Positions 40,039-53,051 of a DNA stretch of 64,000 bases are shown here, piece by piece. The stretch is from the NCBI GenBank assembly GCA_951406725.2, contig OX597822.1, positions 48,794,001 through 48,858,000 on the forward strand. Reading direction: 5' to 3'. Made by a program: the position numbers and the translations under genes. Origin of the DNA: Octopus vulgaris (Eukaryota). How positions within the stretch are numbered: the first letter of the stretch is position 1; each line of letters begins with the position of its first letter. The notes under the pieces are model-generated. The model was not told the origin of the DNA and searched no databases. It was given only the letters and a program-made list of their open reading frames with translations.

Positions 40039-40825
40039 CATCATCATCATATATCTGTTTTCCATGCTGGCATGGGCTGGACAGTTCGACTGGGGTCTGG
40101 GAAGCCAGGAGGCTGCACCAGGCTCCAATCCGATCTGGTAGTACTTCTACTGCTGGATGCCCTTCCTAACACCAACCACTCTGATAATGTAGTATATATA
40201 TACATATATATATATATATCATCATCATCATCATTAAACATCTGCTTTCCATGCTAGCATGGGCTGGATGATTTGACTGAGGACTGGTGAACCAGATGGC
40301 TGCACCAGGCTCCAATCTTGATCTGGCAGAATTTCTACAGCGGGATGCCTTTCCTAATGCCAACCACTCCGAGAGTGTGGTGGGTGCTTTTATGTGCCAC
40401 CAGCACGAGGGCCAGTCAGGCAGTACTGGCAATGGCCATGTTCAAATGGGGTTTTTTACATACCACCTGCACAATATCTAGTCCAGCAGCACTGGCAATG
40501 ACCTTGCTTAAATGTTTTTCACATGCCACCGGCACAAGTACCAGTAAGGTGATGCTGGTAATGATCACACTCAAATGGTGCATTTTACGTGCCACTGGCA
40601 CAGAAGCCAGTTAGCTGTTCTAGCAATGATCATGCTCGGATGGTGCTCTTAGCACTTCACTAGCACACATGCCAGTCATCGAATTTGATTTTGATTTCGA
40701 TTTCACTTGCCTTAACAGGTCTTCGCAAGCAGAGTTTAGTGTCAATGAAGGAAAGGTACATATAAGTGGGCTGGTTACACCCCTGGCATAGGCCACGAGG
40801 TTATGGTCTCACTTGGCTTGCCATG
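40039..40825 (-). mobile_element. Two tandem RTE 3' end/UTR fragments
   Basis: (cat)n..ttccatgctggcatggg terminus twice, followed by UTR repeats. Confidence 0.8.
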
Positions 40826-41104
40826 TCTTAAACACAATATATGTATTTATGAGTTACTATTAGTTTCATGCACTGAGAGCATGCCAAACTGTTTTTTTAA
40901 CACCTCTGGCATGTTCTCAGTGCATGAAACTAATACTAACACATAAATAGATATATTGTGTTTATTAAATAATATCTCTTGCTCACCAGACAGTATACAT
41001 TTTTTGTTGATCTTACCGTCACAGAATAGTACACAGACACACACACACACACACATATATTTATTTATGTATATTTATGTATATATGTTTTTTCTCCTCC
41101 CTAG

Positions 41105-41305
41105 CATCACAACAGTGTTGTTCTGCTGACAAAGCCCCTATACCCAGCTGCCAGGCTCTCTGCCAGAATCTCTACTTCACCAATACCCTGAACAACCATG
41201 ACCAATTGCAAGCCCTTGTGCAACATTGTTCTATAAAAAGTCAAGCCATGGTGCTGTGTGTTCTGGCGCAGGCCAAACCTGCTCATCTGCGCAATATCAA
41301 TCAAT
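41105..41305 (+). CDS. RECK: RECK exon (CC3): SSQQCCSADKAPIPSCQALCQNLYFTNTLNNHDQLQALVQHCSIKSQAMVLCVLAQAKPAHLRNINQ
   Basis: ctccctag acceptor and GTAAGT donor; 201 nt, phase 1 to 1; 6-Cys CC-domain spacing. Confidence 0.93.
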
Positions 41306-41639
41306 GTAAGTCCTATTCTTCTTCCTAGTTTTGTTGTTGTTGTTTTTGTTTATTGCCCGGAACTATGTGGTTGGTAAGCAAGCTACTTACCACACAGCCA
41401 TTCCTGCACCTATGTTCACCTGTTTCGAATATTACATACACTTTTCACCACATTTCCTTCTCCTTCCCCTTTCTTTCCTCCTCATCTTTATGCAAAACCC
41501 TACACAAATTGTAGACCATCCATGTAATTTCTCCCCCGTTTGATGTCCCCATGGCAAATAAAAGAAATCATTATAATCCACCTGTCCATCTTTTTTGCAT
41601 ATTATTCTTGGGAGTGTCATTAAGGCCGAGTCTTTGGGT

Positions 41640-42130
41640 ACCTCCTCTTTCAGGTCTCATTAGCAACGACCACCATTACTCTTCCAGGTTGGATTCTCAA
41701 GTGTGACCATCTGAGAATATGGCTATTATCAAACAATTTTACTCTAAGCTTCCTACCAGTTGGTTTGGCTTGAAGAATCCATCTCATAATTCCTTCCTGC
41801 AACATTCTAATTGCATGTCCATGGTACTGGAGCTGTGAGCTTTGAGCTCTCAATGTGGAGAAGTAACATCTCAACCGGAAGAGACACTCTGATCTCCGAG
41901 CCATGCACCCTGTTGAGTAATGTTATTCCAGAGTTCCTTCAGCACAACCCATTTTGGCTGCCTGCATTCCTGGTTGAACTCTTTCAGTTGTTACCCAACA
42001 TTCATGACCATAGGTGAGGACAGGCAAGAAACTGAATTGAGGATAGCAAGTTTGGCATGTTTTTTACTAACTTCTCCTCTTCAGAGGACCAAAAGCAGGA
42101 ACTGGCACACCATGGCACCAGTACCTGTAT
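41640..42130 (-). mobile_element. Decayed RTE-like LINE fragment
   Basis: QLQYHGHAIRMLQEGIMRWILQAKPTGRK, an RTE C-terminal motif. Confidence 0.5.
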
Positions 42131-42595
42131 TTCTAGTATCCAATTCAAACTCCTGCTCTCCATTGGTCATCAATATACATTCATGTATCAGGGATGTGCT
42201 ACCTAGGTAGACAGTGCCTACCTTGAATAAAATAAATTAATAGCAACATATTCCTTTTATGGCAAAATATGCACCTAATTCAATAAGATTATGAAGGTTA
42301 CTCTGATTACTATGCATAAAATGCAAAATATTAAAAAAATTTTTGTTGATTAGGCAGGCATAATTCGCCCCTGTCTTTCAATCTCAGTATTTAAGCTATG
42401 TATAGTAAGGCTGTAGTACATGTGCTGCGTACACTCCTACAACACCGTTTACTTTACATGCTATAAAGGCAGAAGTGAATCTGTCTTCAACTCAATCGTG
42501 TGTTTCACTTAATTTTTTTTGTGTGTTTTCCTACATAAACATCACCAACTGCCTACCCTGAGTAATTACTGATAACACGTGCTTGTCATATATTC

Positions 42596-42651
42596 TTTTT
42601 CCTCCTCTCTAACATCACAGCAGCGTTGTTCTGCTGAGAAAATTCCTACAC
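42596..42651 (+). pseudogene. Decayed partial duplicate of the RECK CC3 exon 5' end and its acceptor
   Basis: 42613-42651 matches 41105-41143 at 32/39 nt (SQQRCSAEKIPT vs SQQCCSADKAPI). The pyrimidine tract is kept but the acceptor AG is AA. Confidence 0.75.
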
Positions 42652-42686
42652 AAATATTATTATTATTATCATTATTATTAATGCCA

Positions 42687-43151
42687 TAAGGTGGCAAGCC
42701 GGGAGAATTCTTAGCATTCTGGACAAAAAGCTTTGCAGCAATTTGTCCACCTTTACATTCAGGGTTCATTTTCCACTGAGGTCGACTTTGCTTTTCATCC
42801 TTTTAGGATCGATTAAGTACCAGTGAAATATGGGGGTTGATGTAATCGACTTGTCCCCAACCCCAAATTTAAAACCTAGTTCCTATTGTAGAACAGATTA
42901 TTGTTATTATTATTATCATTGTTATTATTTAAGTTGGTGAGCTGGCAGAATTGTTAGCATCCTGGACTAAATGCTTGTGCTTAGCGGGATTTCGCCTATC
43001 ACTATGTTGTGAGTTCAAATTCTGCTGAGGGTCAACTTTACCTCTCGTTGTTTTGGGATTGATAAATTAAGTACCAGTTGTGTACTGGAGTCAATGTAAT
43101 TGACTAGTCTCCTCCACACAAATTTCAAGCCTTATGCCTTTCGTAGAAAAG

Positions 43152-43183
<32 letters not shown>

Positions 43184-43720
43184 TCAATTAACATCCGCTT
43201 TCCATGCTGGAATGGGTTGGACGGTTTGACTGAGGACTGGTGAGCCAGAGGCTGCACCAGACTCAATCTAATCTGACAAAGTTTCTACAGCTGGATGCCC
43301 TTCCTAACACCAACCACTTCGAGAATGTAGTGGGTGCTTTTATGTGTCACCGGCACATGGGCCAGTCAGGCAGTTCTGGCAACAACCATGCTCAAAAGGT
43401 GTTTTTACTTGCTACCTGCGTGGGAATCAGTCCGGCAGCACTGGCAACGACTATGCTCGAATGTTGTTTTTCACGTGCCACCGGCATATGTGCCGGTAAG
43501 GTGACACTGTATTATTATTATGTAAGGTAATGAACTGGTAGAATCATCAGCATGCCATACAAAATGCTTAGTGGTATTTCATCAGCCGCTACATTCTGAG
43601 TTCAAATTCCCATGAGGTCAACTTTGCCGAATTCTTTGCCGATAAATTAAGTAACTATCTCCCCCTAGCTACCCTTGTGGCAAAAATTTTAAATGATTAT
43701 TATTATTATTTTTATTATTA
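42687..43720 (+). mobile_element. Head-to-tail cluster of SINE family B copies with an intervening RTE end
   Basis: Heads near 42689, 42933 and 43525, each starting in an (ATT)n tract and ending in (ATT)n. Confidence 0.8.
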
Positions 43721-44161
43721 TCCAATTATGTATCTGTGATTCCATGTACATGCATTTGTATGTGTGAACTACAAACAACTGAAGCAAAAAGAGAACTCAA
43801 AACTTGATGAAGAGTAAAGAAAACATCTTTCTTTATTGGTGAATATTCACTGCATAACACTACAGTTAATGGTTTCATTCTTCCATGAATCTCTGGGTAA
43901 TGGGGTTATATGCTCCTTCACAATATTGATTATTTATAGCATAATTCACAAGAAAGGGTGACTATATATTAATAGCTAACATTAAGAAAAACGGAGGGGT
44001 AAAAGGATATATATATTTATACGTATATCACATGTGCATACGTATATGTATGTATATATAAATATTTGTTTGTATATATGTGTGTGTGTGCATATGTGTG
44101 TATGTGTATGTATATGTGTGTGCGTGTGTGTATATTTGTTTCTATATGTATATATACATGA

Positions 44162-44212
<51 letters not shown>

Positions 44213-44550
44213 TGTATATGTATATATATATATATGTATATATATCATCTACTGTACGATTAATATCATTCCGAGTTCTTTATTTGTGAATGGTTATTAA
44301 AAACTTGTCCTTCAGACAGGCACACACTCACACTCACACACACACACACACATGTAATATATGTAATACACATATATGTGCATGTACATGTATACAAACA
44401 GATACACATGTGTGTAAATAGATGTATGTATAAATGGCAATATTTTTACCCATTAACACGAAACATGTGGTTCAATTTCCATCAGTAATTGATGTTTACA
44501 AATCTCAAGCATTTAAGACCTGTGTCTCCATGTATACGTTTATGTGTCTG

Positions 44551-44624
<74 letters not shown>

Positions 44625-44718
44625 ACATATATGTATGTTTATATATGTGCATATATATGAGTGCATGTGTATATATATATATATATATATTATATGTATA
44701 TATATGTATATATATATG

Positions 44719-44764
<46 letters not shown>

Positions 44765-46502
44765 AATCAAAATAGATGAACATCAGTGGAATTGTATTCT
44801 TTGTGGTAAATTAGTGCCGGTGGCACACAGAAAACCACCCAAACGTGGCCATAGCCAGTACCGCATCGACTGGCCTCCGGGCTGTGGGCACAACAAACAC
44901 CATCCGATCGTGGCCGTTCGCCAGCCTCATCTGGCACCTGTGTCGGTGGCACATAAAGACACCATCCGAAGACCCGGCGACGTAGTCAGTCCACCTGTGC
45001 ATACCTTCCCTCTTATGACACTTGTGAAGACCTGTTGAGGCAAGTGTGTGACACTTGTGAAGACCTGTTGAGGCAGAGGCAAGTGTGTGACACTTGTGGA
45101 GACCTGTTGAGGCAAGTGTGTGACCCTTGTGAAGACCTGTTGAGGCAAGTGAAAATCAAATCAAACCAAATCAAAATAGATGAACATCAATGGAATTTGT
45201 ATCTTTGTGGTTCCAGTACTGGTGGCACACAAGAAAACCATCCGAACGTGGCCGTAGCCAGTACCGCATCGACTGGCCTCCGTGCTGTGGGCACAACAAA
45301 CACCATCTGATCGTGGCCGTTCGCCAGCCTCATCTGGCACCTGTGTCGGTGGCACATAAAAACACCATCCGAAGACCCGGCGACGTAGTCAGTCCACCTG
45401 TGCATACCTTCCCTCTTATGACACTTGTGAAGACCTGTTGAGGCAAGTGTGTGACACTTGTGAAGACCTGTTGAGGCAGAGGCAAGTGTGTGACACTTTG
45501 TGAAGACCTGTTGAGGCAGAGGCAAGTGTGTGACACTTGTGGAGACCTGTTGAGGCAAGTGTGTGACACGTGTGACACTTGTGAAGACCTGTTGAGGCAA
45601 GTGAAAATCAAACCAAATTAAAATAGATGAACATCAATGGAATTTGTATCTTTGTGGTTCCATCCGAACGTGGCCGTAGCCAGTACCGCATCGACTGGCC
45701 TCTGTGTGTGCACATAACAAACACCATCCGAAAACCATCCGAACGTGGCCGTAGCCAGTACCGTGCATCGACTGGCCTCCGTGCTGTGGGCACGCAACAA
45801 ACACCATCCGATCGTGGCCATTCGCCAGCCTCATCTGGCACCTGTGTCGGTGGCACATAAAAACACCATCCGAAGACCCGGCAAGACTAGTCAGGCCATA
45901 ACCCGTGGCCCCTACCTGGGACGTAGTCAGTCCACCTGTGCATACCTTCCTTCTTGTGACACTTGTGAAGACCTGTTGAGGCAAGTGAAAATCAAATCAA
46001 ATCAAAACAAATCAAAATAGATGAACATTAATGGAATTTGTATCTTTGTGGTACCAGTGCCGGTGGCACACAAGAAAATCATCCGAACGTGGCCGTAGCC
46101 AGTACCGCATAGACTGGCCTCCGTGCTTTGGGGACGTAACAAACACCATCCGATCGTGGCCGTCCGCCAGCCTCATCTGGCACCTGTGTCGGTGGCGCAT
46201 AAAAACACCATCCGAGCGTGGCCGTCTGCCAGCCTCGTCTGGCACCTGTGTCGGTGGCACATAAAAACACCATCCGAGCGTGGCCGTTCGCCAGCCTCGT
46301 CTGGCACCTGTGTCGGTGGCACATAAAATCACCCACTACACTCTCGGAGTGGTTGGCGTTAGGAAGGGCATCCAGCTGTAGAAACACTGCCAGATCTGAC
46401 TGGCCTGGTGCAGCCTTCGGGCTCCCCAGACCCCAGTTGAACCGTCCAACCCATGCTAGCATGGAAAACGGACGCTAAATGATGATGATGATGATGATGA
46501 TG
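44765..46502 (+). repeat. Tandemly amplified RTE 3' UTR (3 extra units of about 400-450 bp) with an internal 33-bp minisatellite
   Basis: Units restart at aaaatagatgaaca near 44769, 45173, 45620 and 46014; gacacttgtgaagacctgttgaggcaagtgtgt is repeated 4-5 times in the first two units. Confidence 0.9.
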
Positions 46503-46696
46503 ATATATATGTATATATATATATACATATATGTATATGTATATATATATACATATATGTATATGTATATATATATACATATATGTATATGTATATATAT
46601 ATATATATGTATATATATATGTATGTATATATATAGACATATGTATATATGTATATGTATATATGTATATATATGTGTATTTATGTATATATATAT

Positions 46697-46766
<70 letters not shown>

Positions 46767-47431
46767 GTATATACATGTATATGTATATAAGTATGTATAT
46801 GTCATTAATGTATACATCTGTGTATAAATATAAACATACATTTACATATATATTTATATGTTTATATATATTTACGTGACAATGCTGCAGCGAAGTGTAA
46901 ATGGGAAGGGTGCAGGTTCATGTTCCTGGGCCCCAAACCAATCTCAATACCTGCCTCAAGGGTCCCTATGATATTGATTTTATTATTCTAAATTTTACAT
47001 CATTCATTACTCATTACAAGTTGATAATGTAGCAATTCCAAATAGATTGATTGATCTAATCCCCTGCAGCTAATAATATAACCTTATTTTGTAAACCATT
47101 GATCTGCAAATTCTACAAAACTATTGAATCCAAATCTAAATAACCTTTCAAATGCATTTTAAGATAAAAAAAAAATTGGTTAAATTTTTTTTTGAATTAG
47201 AATTTTTTTGTGTATATGTGGGTTAGAAAAAAAAGCAATTAAATTTGTTTGCTGTTTCTTTTTTCATATAAGGAATTCATATGTACATATGTATATATAT
47301 GTATGTGTGTGTGTGTGTATGTATGTATATATGTATATATATGTATATATGTATGTATATGTATATATATATATGTATGTATGTATATGTGTATATGTGT
47401 ATATATGTATATGTATATATATGTATGTATG

Positions 47432-47482
<51 letters not shown>

Positions 47483-47532
47483 ATATATATATATATGTAT
47501 ATTTATAGATATATATGTACGTATATATGTAC

Positions 47533-47582
<50 letters not shown>

Positions 47583-48809
47583 TATATGTGTATACACACA
47601 CATACATGGTATATGTATGTATGGATATATATATATATATATATATACATACATATACATATATGCATGTATATATTGATATGTTTTGCCCTTTGGAAGG
47701 CAATTAACTGACTGAAATCTTTTTTTTCTGAAAGAAGCAAATAGATTTCAATAGAAAATTAGATTCTCTAAGAAAGAAAAATGTACACATGCCACTCATG
47801 CACAAGCATATGTATGCCAACACGCAACCATGTACATACAAATATATACACACATGCTCACACACATATATACAAATATAGAATAGCTCATAAACGTACA
47901 CACACATATGTACAATCATATACACACACACATTCATGCACAAATATATACTTACATACACACACACAAACACACACGCACACGAGTTTCAGAAATCTTT
48001 TGAAGTTCTTTGTCAACAGAAACTTCATTTCAAAAAATTTCACAAAATGGTATAAATTTTTTCTGCCGTGATCATATTTCTCCGATAAGAAGCAATATTT
48101 TGTTGGTGACTTGAGTTCCAATCCGGCGAAAATCATCTTTGCCTTACATTCTTCCCATGCAAGTAATAAAGAACCTGTCAGCTTCTTCTCTTCATCATCC
48201 TGTATTGTACCTGGACACATCTTCAGTGATATTTTCCAGAGGCATTTGGTGTTTTGGTCTTTTTGCAGCAGACACCTCTGCATTCAGAAAACACATTATC
48301 CATTAAATCCTGTTTTAAGATGACAGGATGTGATTCCATCAAGATTTGGCTGTTATTTCTAGCAGGTGAATTAACCACATTTTTTCATTGCTTGTTTATT
48401 TATTATATGTGTTCCTTTTGAGTGTTGCGCCTCACGGAGGCAAAGTGGCTGAGTTCCTTTCAAGTGTTGGGCCTGAGGGAGGCAATGACCGAGACCTTTG
48501 GCATTATGTCCTGCTTGAGAAGAAGACCCATCAAGCTGAGCAAAATTGCAATCATGGCAGATACTGGTGTTATGCAAACGGCACCCATGCTGGTGGCACA
48601 TAAAAGCACCCATTACACTCTCAGAGTGGTTGGTGTTAGGAAAGTCATCCGGCTGTAGAAAACCATACCAGATCGGACTGGTGTCTGGAGCCGCCTTCCA
48701 GCTTACCAGCCCCAGTCAAACCATCCAACCCATACCAGCATGGACAACGGACGTTAAATGATGATGATGATAATGATGATGATGATAATGATGTGATGTT
48801 GTATGTAGA

Positions 48810-49510
48810 ACGGCAAGCTGATAGAATAGTTATGCTGGGCAAAATATTGCTAAGCGTTTTGTCTATTTTTATGTTCCGAGTTCAAATTCCACTGAGATCG
48901 ACTTTACCTTTTATCTCTTTGGGGTCAAGTAGCCAACAAACCCTACCTCTCTCCTCAAATTTCAGGTTGTGTACCTATAGCATTCACTATGCTACACAAA
49001 ATGCTTAGCGACATTTCTTCTAGCCCTTTACGTTGTAGGTTCAAATTCTGCTGAGGTCAACTTTGTCTTCCATCCTTTCAGGGTTGACATACTAAGTACC
49101 AGTTGTGTACTGAGGTCGATGTAATTGACTGGTCCCCTTCTCCCAAAATTTCAGGCCTTGTGCCTATAGTAGAAAGGATTCTTTAGGGGTCAATGAAATA
49201 AGTACCAGTTATGTACTGGGGTTGATATAATCTACTAGCCCCCGCACCCAAAATTTCAGGCTTTGTGCCTATAGTAGAAAAGCTTATAATCATTATTATT
49301 ATTATTTTCATTATTGTTAAGGTTGCAAGCTGGTGGAATTGTTAGCATGCCTGGCAAAATGCCTAGAAGTATTTTGTCTACCTCTATATTCTGAGTTCAA
49401 ATTCCATTCAGGTCAACTTTACCTTTCATCCTTTTGGGATAAATTAAGTACGAGTTGAACACTGGGGGTCAATGTAATTGACACATCCCCCCTTCTAAAA
49501 TGGCTGCCTC
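48810..49510 (+). mobile_element. Second cluster of SINE family B copies/fragments
   Basis: Repeated gttcaaattc..ggtcaacttt..cctttcatcc..ccaaaatttcaggc..gtagaaa. Confidence 0.75.
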
Positions 49511-50544
49511 TTGTGGCAGCAAAAATGGCAAGAGTGGATGGTATGTCTCTAAGTGTAGACCTGTGAGTTGGAGAGAAAGCACTGGAGAGGGCACTTGCTC
49601 TTAGGGTTCCAGGGAAATCTTGGACAGTGGGGTTCCTTGATTATCCCTAGAGGTCCTCCTGTATCAGGAGGGCCACATGTCTATCATCCGCTAACCCTCT
49701 TTTTTTCTATGTCCCTTCTTTTTCAGTGTATACTGTGCAAACTTTATTTTTATTTATTTATTCATTTTTTTTTTTAATCATAGGCCCGCTTTACTGGCTC
49801 TGGTGCCAGTGGCATGTAAAAAGTACCAAACGATTGTGACCAATGCCAGTACACCCTGACTGGCTCTTGTACCAGTCGCACTTAAAAAGCACCATCTGAA
49901 TGTGATCGTTGCCAGGCTCACCTTACTGGCTCCTGTGCTGGTGGCACATAAAAAGCACCCACCACATTCTGAGTGGTTAGTGTTAGGAAAGACATCCAGC
50001 TGAAGAAACTCTGCCAGATCAGATTGGAGCCTGGTTCATCCTTCTGGCTCACTAGACTTCAGTCAAACCGTCCAACCCATACCAGCATGGACAATGGACA
50101 TTAAATGATGATGATGATGAAACCCCCACACTTTATGTCTGTCTCTGTATTGTCCCCCCTCATCCTTCATCCTTGTGGCAAATAAATGAAATTATTATTA
50201 TGATTATTATCATTATTATTAAGGTGTCAAGCTGGCACAATCATAAACACATTGGACAAAAATGCTAAGTGGCAGTTCTTTTGATCTTATGTCCTAAGTT
50301 AAAATACTGCCAAGCTTGACTTTGCCTTTCATCTTCTTCTGGTCGATAAAATCGAGTACCAGTCATGTACTGGAGTCGATGTAGTTGACAAACACTCTCC
50401 CCAAAAATTAGTAGTCTTGTGCCAAAATTTAAAATGTTTGAAACAATTATTTTACAGATTACATTACATTAAACTTGGCTGCTATTTCTAACAACTGAAT
50501 TGACCACATAGAGGCTCGTGCTTTTGTCTATTATGTATTATGTT

Positions 50545-50930
50545 TGTATTCTTTTATTTAATTTGTTTCAGTCATTTGACTGAGGCCATGCTAGAGCACC
50601 ACCTTTAGTCAAACAATTCGACCCCAGGACTTATTTTTTGTAAGCCAAGTACTTATTCTATCGGACTCTTTTGCTGAACTGCTAAGTGACGGGGATGTAA
50701 ACACACAAACATCGGTTGCCAAGCGATGGTGAGGATACAAACACAGACACACACAAACACACACACATACGCACATATATATATACAACAGACTTCTTTC
50801 AGTTTCCATCTACCAAATCCACTCACAAGGCTTTGCTCAGTAGAAGACACTTGCCCATGATGCCACACAGTGGGACTGAACCCAGAACCATGTGGTTGGG
50901 AAGCAAGCTACTTACCACACAGCCACTCCC
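50545..50930 (-). mobile_element. SINE family A
   Basis: Full head to tail; head lies about 40 nt upstream of the 50970 exon. Confidence 0.85.
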
Positions 50931-50969
50931 GTATGTTATCATATTTTTTCTTATTTTTTTGTCTTACAG

Positions 50970-51100
50970 ATTTGCCATGTTGTGAAAAAGGGGAAAGTCA
51001 GGAATGCATCAACACATGTTTGAGTGCTGTCATGTTGTTAAACACAGACAATGAGAAGATTGATGTGGTTATCAAGAAGTGTGGAGAACCCTCCCCAATG
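50970..51100 (+). CDS. RECK: RECK exon (CC4): YLPCCEKGESQECINTCLSAVMLLNTDNEKIDVVIKKCGEPSPM
   Basis: cttacag acceptor and GTGAGT donor; 131 nt, phase 1 to 0. Confidence 0.93.
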
Positions 51101-51738
51101 GTGAGTAATGAATTGAATGGTAGGGACTAGCAAGGGACCAACAGGGGACCAACAGAGGACCAAAAAAGATGTCAGCTGTTGCCCTTCCACCCAGCTTGTG
51201 GGTCCATGTTTTGTTGTTGTTCTTTTTGTATTTTTTGTTTTGGTAGCTGGTGGTGGTGGTGGCGGTGGCAGTGGTGGTGGTGGCAGTGGCGGCTGTGGTG
51301 GTGGTGGTTGTTGTCGTGTTGGTGATGCAACAACAAAGAATTTGGGAAGAAGACAAGTAAATAACATAAGCTGTATACACACACACACGCGCACGAGGAG
51401 ATGCTGAAAATATTTCCTGGCTTTAAGGGTATCACAAAAGGCCTGGTTGGAGGACCATCCATCCATGTTCTTTTACAAGGCTTAGAAAAAGAAAAAAAAT
51501 GAAGGACCGCTGCAATAAGTGTGTGAATCTGAGACGGAAATACGTTCAATAAAACCATAATTAACTGGTCCTCCTGTATTTTCTTTTACTCAAAGCCAGC
51601 AACTTTTCAGCCCCCCACCACCACCACGTGTATATTTGTGCGAAGTTATGTTTAATATGTTGAAATATACTGGAACATATAAAGGTCCTTCGCTGTGGAA
51701 TTACACCTGGAAGAAAAGTCTCTTCCAGGACATTACAC

Positions 51739-51772
<34 letters not shown>

Positions 51773-51773
<1 letters not shown>

Positions 51774-52181
51774 CTCTTTTACTCTCTCTTTTACTTGTTT
51801 CAGTCATTTGACTGCGGCCATGCTGGAGCACCGCCTTTAGTCGAGCAAATCGACCCCGGGACTTATTCTTTGTAAGCCCAGTACTTATTCTATCGGTCTC
51901 TTTTGCCGAACCGCTAAGTGACGGGGACGTAAACACACCAGCATCGGTTGTCAAGCAATGCTAGGGGGACAAACACAGACACACAAACATATACACACAC
52001 ACTTATATATATATATACATATATACGACAGGCTTCTTTCAGTTTCCGTCTACCAAATCCACTCACAAGGCATTGGTCAGCCCAGGGCTATAGCAGAAGA
52101 CACTTGCCCAAGATGCCACGCAGTGGGACTGAACCCGGAACCATGTGGCTGGTTAGCAAGCTACTTACCACACAGCCACTC
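51773..52181 (-). mobile_element. SINE family A, young (CpG-rich) copy
   Basis: ggagtggctgtgtggtaagtagcttgc...ggcggtgctccagcatggccgcagtcaaatgactgaaacaagtaaaagag. Confidence 0.9.
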
Positions 52182-52293
52182 CAATATTATATTAAATTAG
52201 AGACAAAACCACTATTATGCAAATCAAACAAAGAAAGACTTAAGCCAATACATAAAATAATTTATATAAATTTAGAAATTTAACAATTATAAA

Positions 52294-52354
52294 AACCACT
52301 ACGATCGTTTCATGTCTTATTTCAGCACATCTTTGAGACATTCTTCAGGTGGTT
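52294..52354 (-). ncRNA. Minimal type-I hammerhead ribozyme (antisense copy)
   Basis: Exact reverse complement of the 52382-52442 motif. Confidence 0.85.
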
Positions 52355-52381
52355 TCAAAACCTTCTTGGCGAAGGTTTTGA

Positions 52382-52442
52382 AACCACCTGAAGAATGTCT
52401 CAAAGATGTGCTGAAATAAGACATGAAACGATCGTAGTGGTT
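52382..52442 (+). ncRNA. Minimal type-I hammerhead ribozyme, intact core, sense to RECK
   Basis: aaccac CTGAAGA atgtct..agacat GAAA cgatcg TA gtggtt; predicted cleavage after 52436 (GUA). Confidence 0.85.
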
Positions 52443-52628
52443 ATTTATAATTGTTAAATTTCTAAATTTATATAAATTATTTTATGTATTGGCTTAAGTC
52501 TTTCTTTGTTTGATTTGCATAATAGTGGTTTTGTCTCTAATTTAATATAATATAATATTTTACTATAAAACTGGATTCAATCCTAAATCTGATTTTTCCC
52601 TGTAAATTTGGATTTATTCCCTAATATT

Positions 52629-52668
<40 letters not shown>

Positions 52669-52756
52669 AGAGTTTATGAAAAAAACAAAAGACGAAGACA
52701 GGTGGTGTACAAAACAAACAGATGTATTAGTATTATGCTCAGGAATAGAAAAAAGT

Positions 52757-52792
52757 CTTTAACGTTTCGAGCCTACGCTCTTCTACAGAAAG
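52757..52792 (-). ncRNA. Hammerhead-like motif with variant core CUGUAGA
   Basis: cttt CTGTAGA a gagc gtag gctc GAAA cgtt aaag; A6 is replaced by U. Confidence 0.45.
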
Positions 52793-52878
52793 GGACACAG
52801 AAAAAAACGAGGAGAGAAAAAAATGTGTGTAGTGGCTAACGATCTATCATGGCGACATTATATATATATGTATGTATG

Positions 52879-53051
52879 TATAATTGTAAAAAGAACTTAG
52901 AAAGGAAATTTTCTTGCCTATATGCTGAGAAATAGACACTAAATCATTTCAACACATGTGTTTGTAACTTCTTTTAGTGTTAAGATGATTTAGTGTCTAT
53001 TTCTCAGCATATAGGCAAGAAAATTTCCCTTCTAAGCCCTTCTATAATTAT
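52879..53051. repeat. Inverted repeat (about 75-bp arms)
   Basis: aaattttcttgcctatatgctgagaaatagacactaaatcat mirrored by atgatttagtgtctatttctcagcatataggcaagaaaattt. Confidence 0.85.

Larger units (their letters stand above)
52184..52553. mobile_element. Near-perfect Penelope-like inverted repeat (about 180-bp arms, 5-nt loop ttggc)
   Basis: 52184-52365 mirrors 52371-52553; each arm carries a hammerhead. Confidence 0.9.

Noticed and set aside
45017-45603. 33-bp direct repeats resembling a CRISPR array
   Set aside because: The repeats abut with no unique spacers, lie in a LINE UTR in a eukaryote, and there are no cas genes.
47888-48283. 131-aa non-repetitive minus-strand ORF
   Set aside because: No recognisable motif; possibly a decayed transposon, but I cannot support a call.
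52120-52181. tRNA-like A/B boxes at SINE heads
   Set aside because: No full cloverleaf; they continue into SINE bodies.
52382-52442. Direct orthology of these hammerheads with amniote HH9
   Set aside because: They sit in young repeat-like inverted structures, are of the minimal type and appear to lie in non-equivalent introns; independent origin is more likely.
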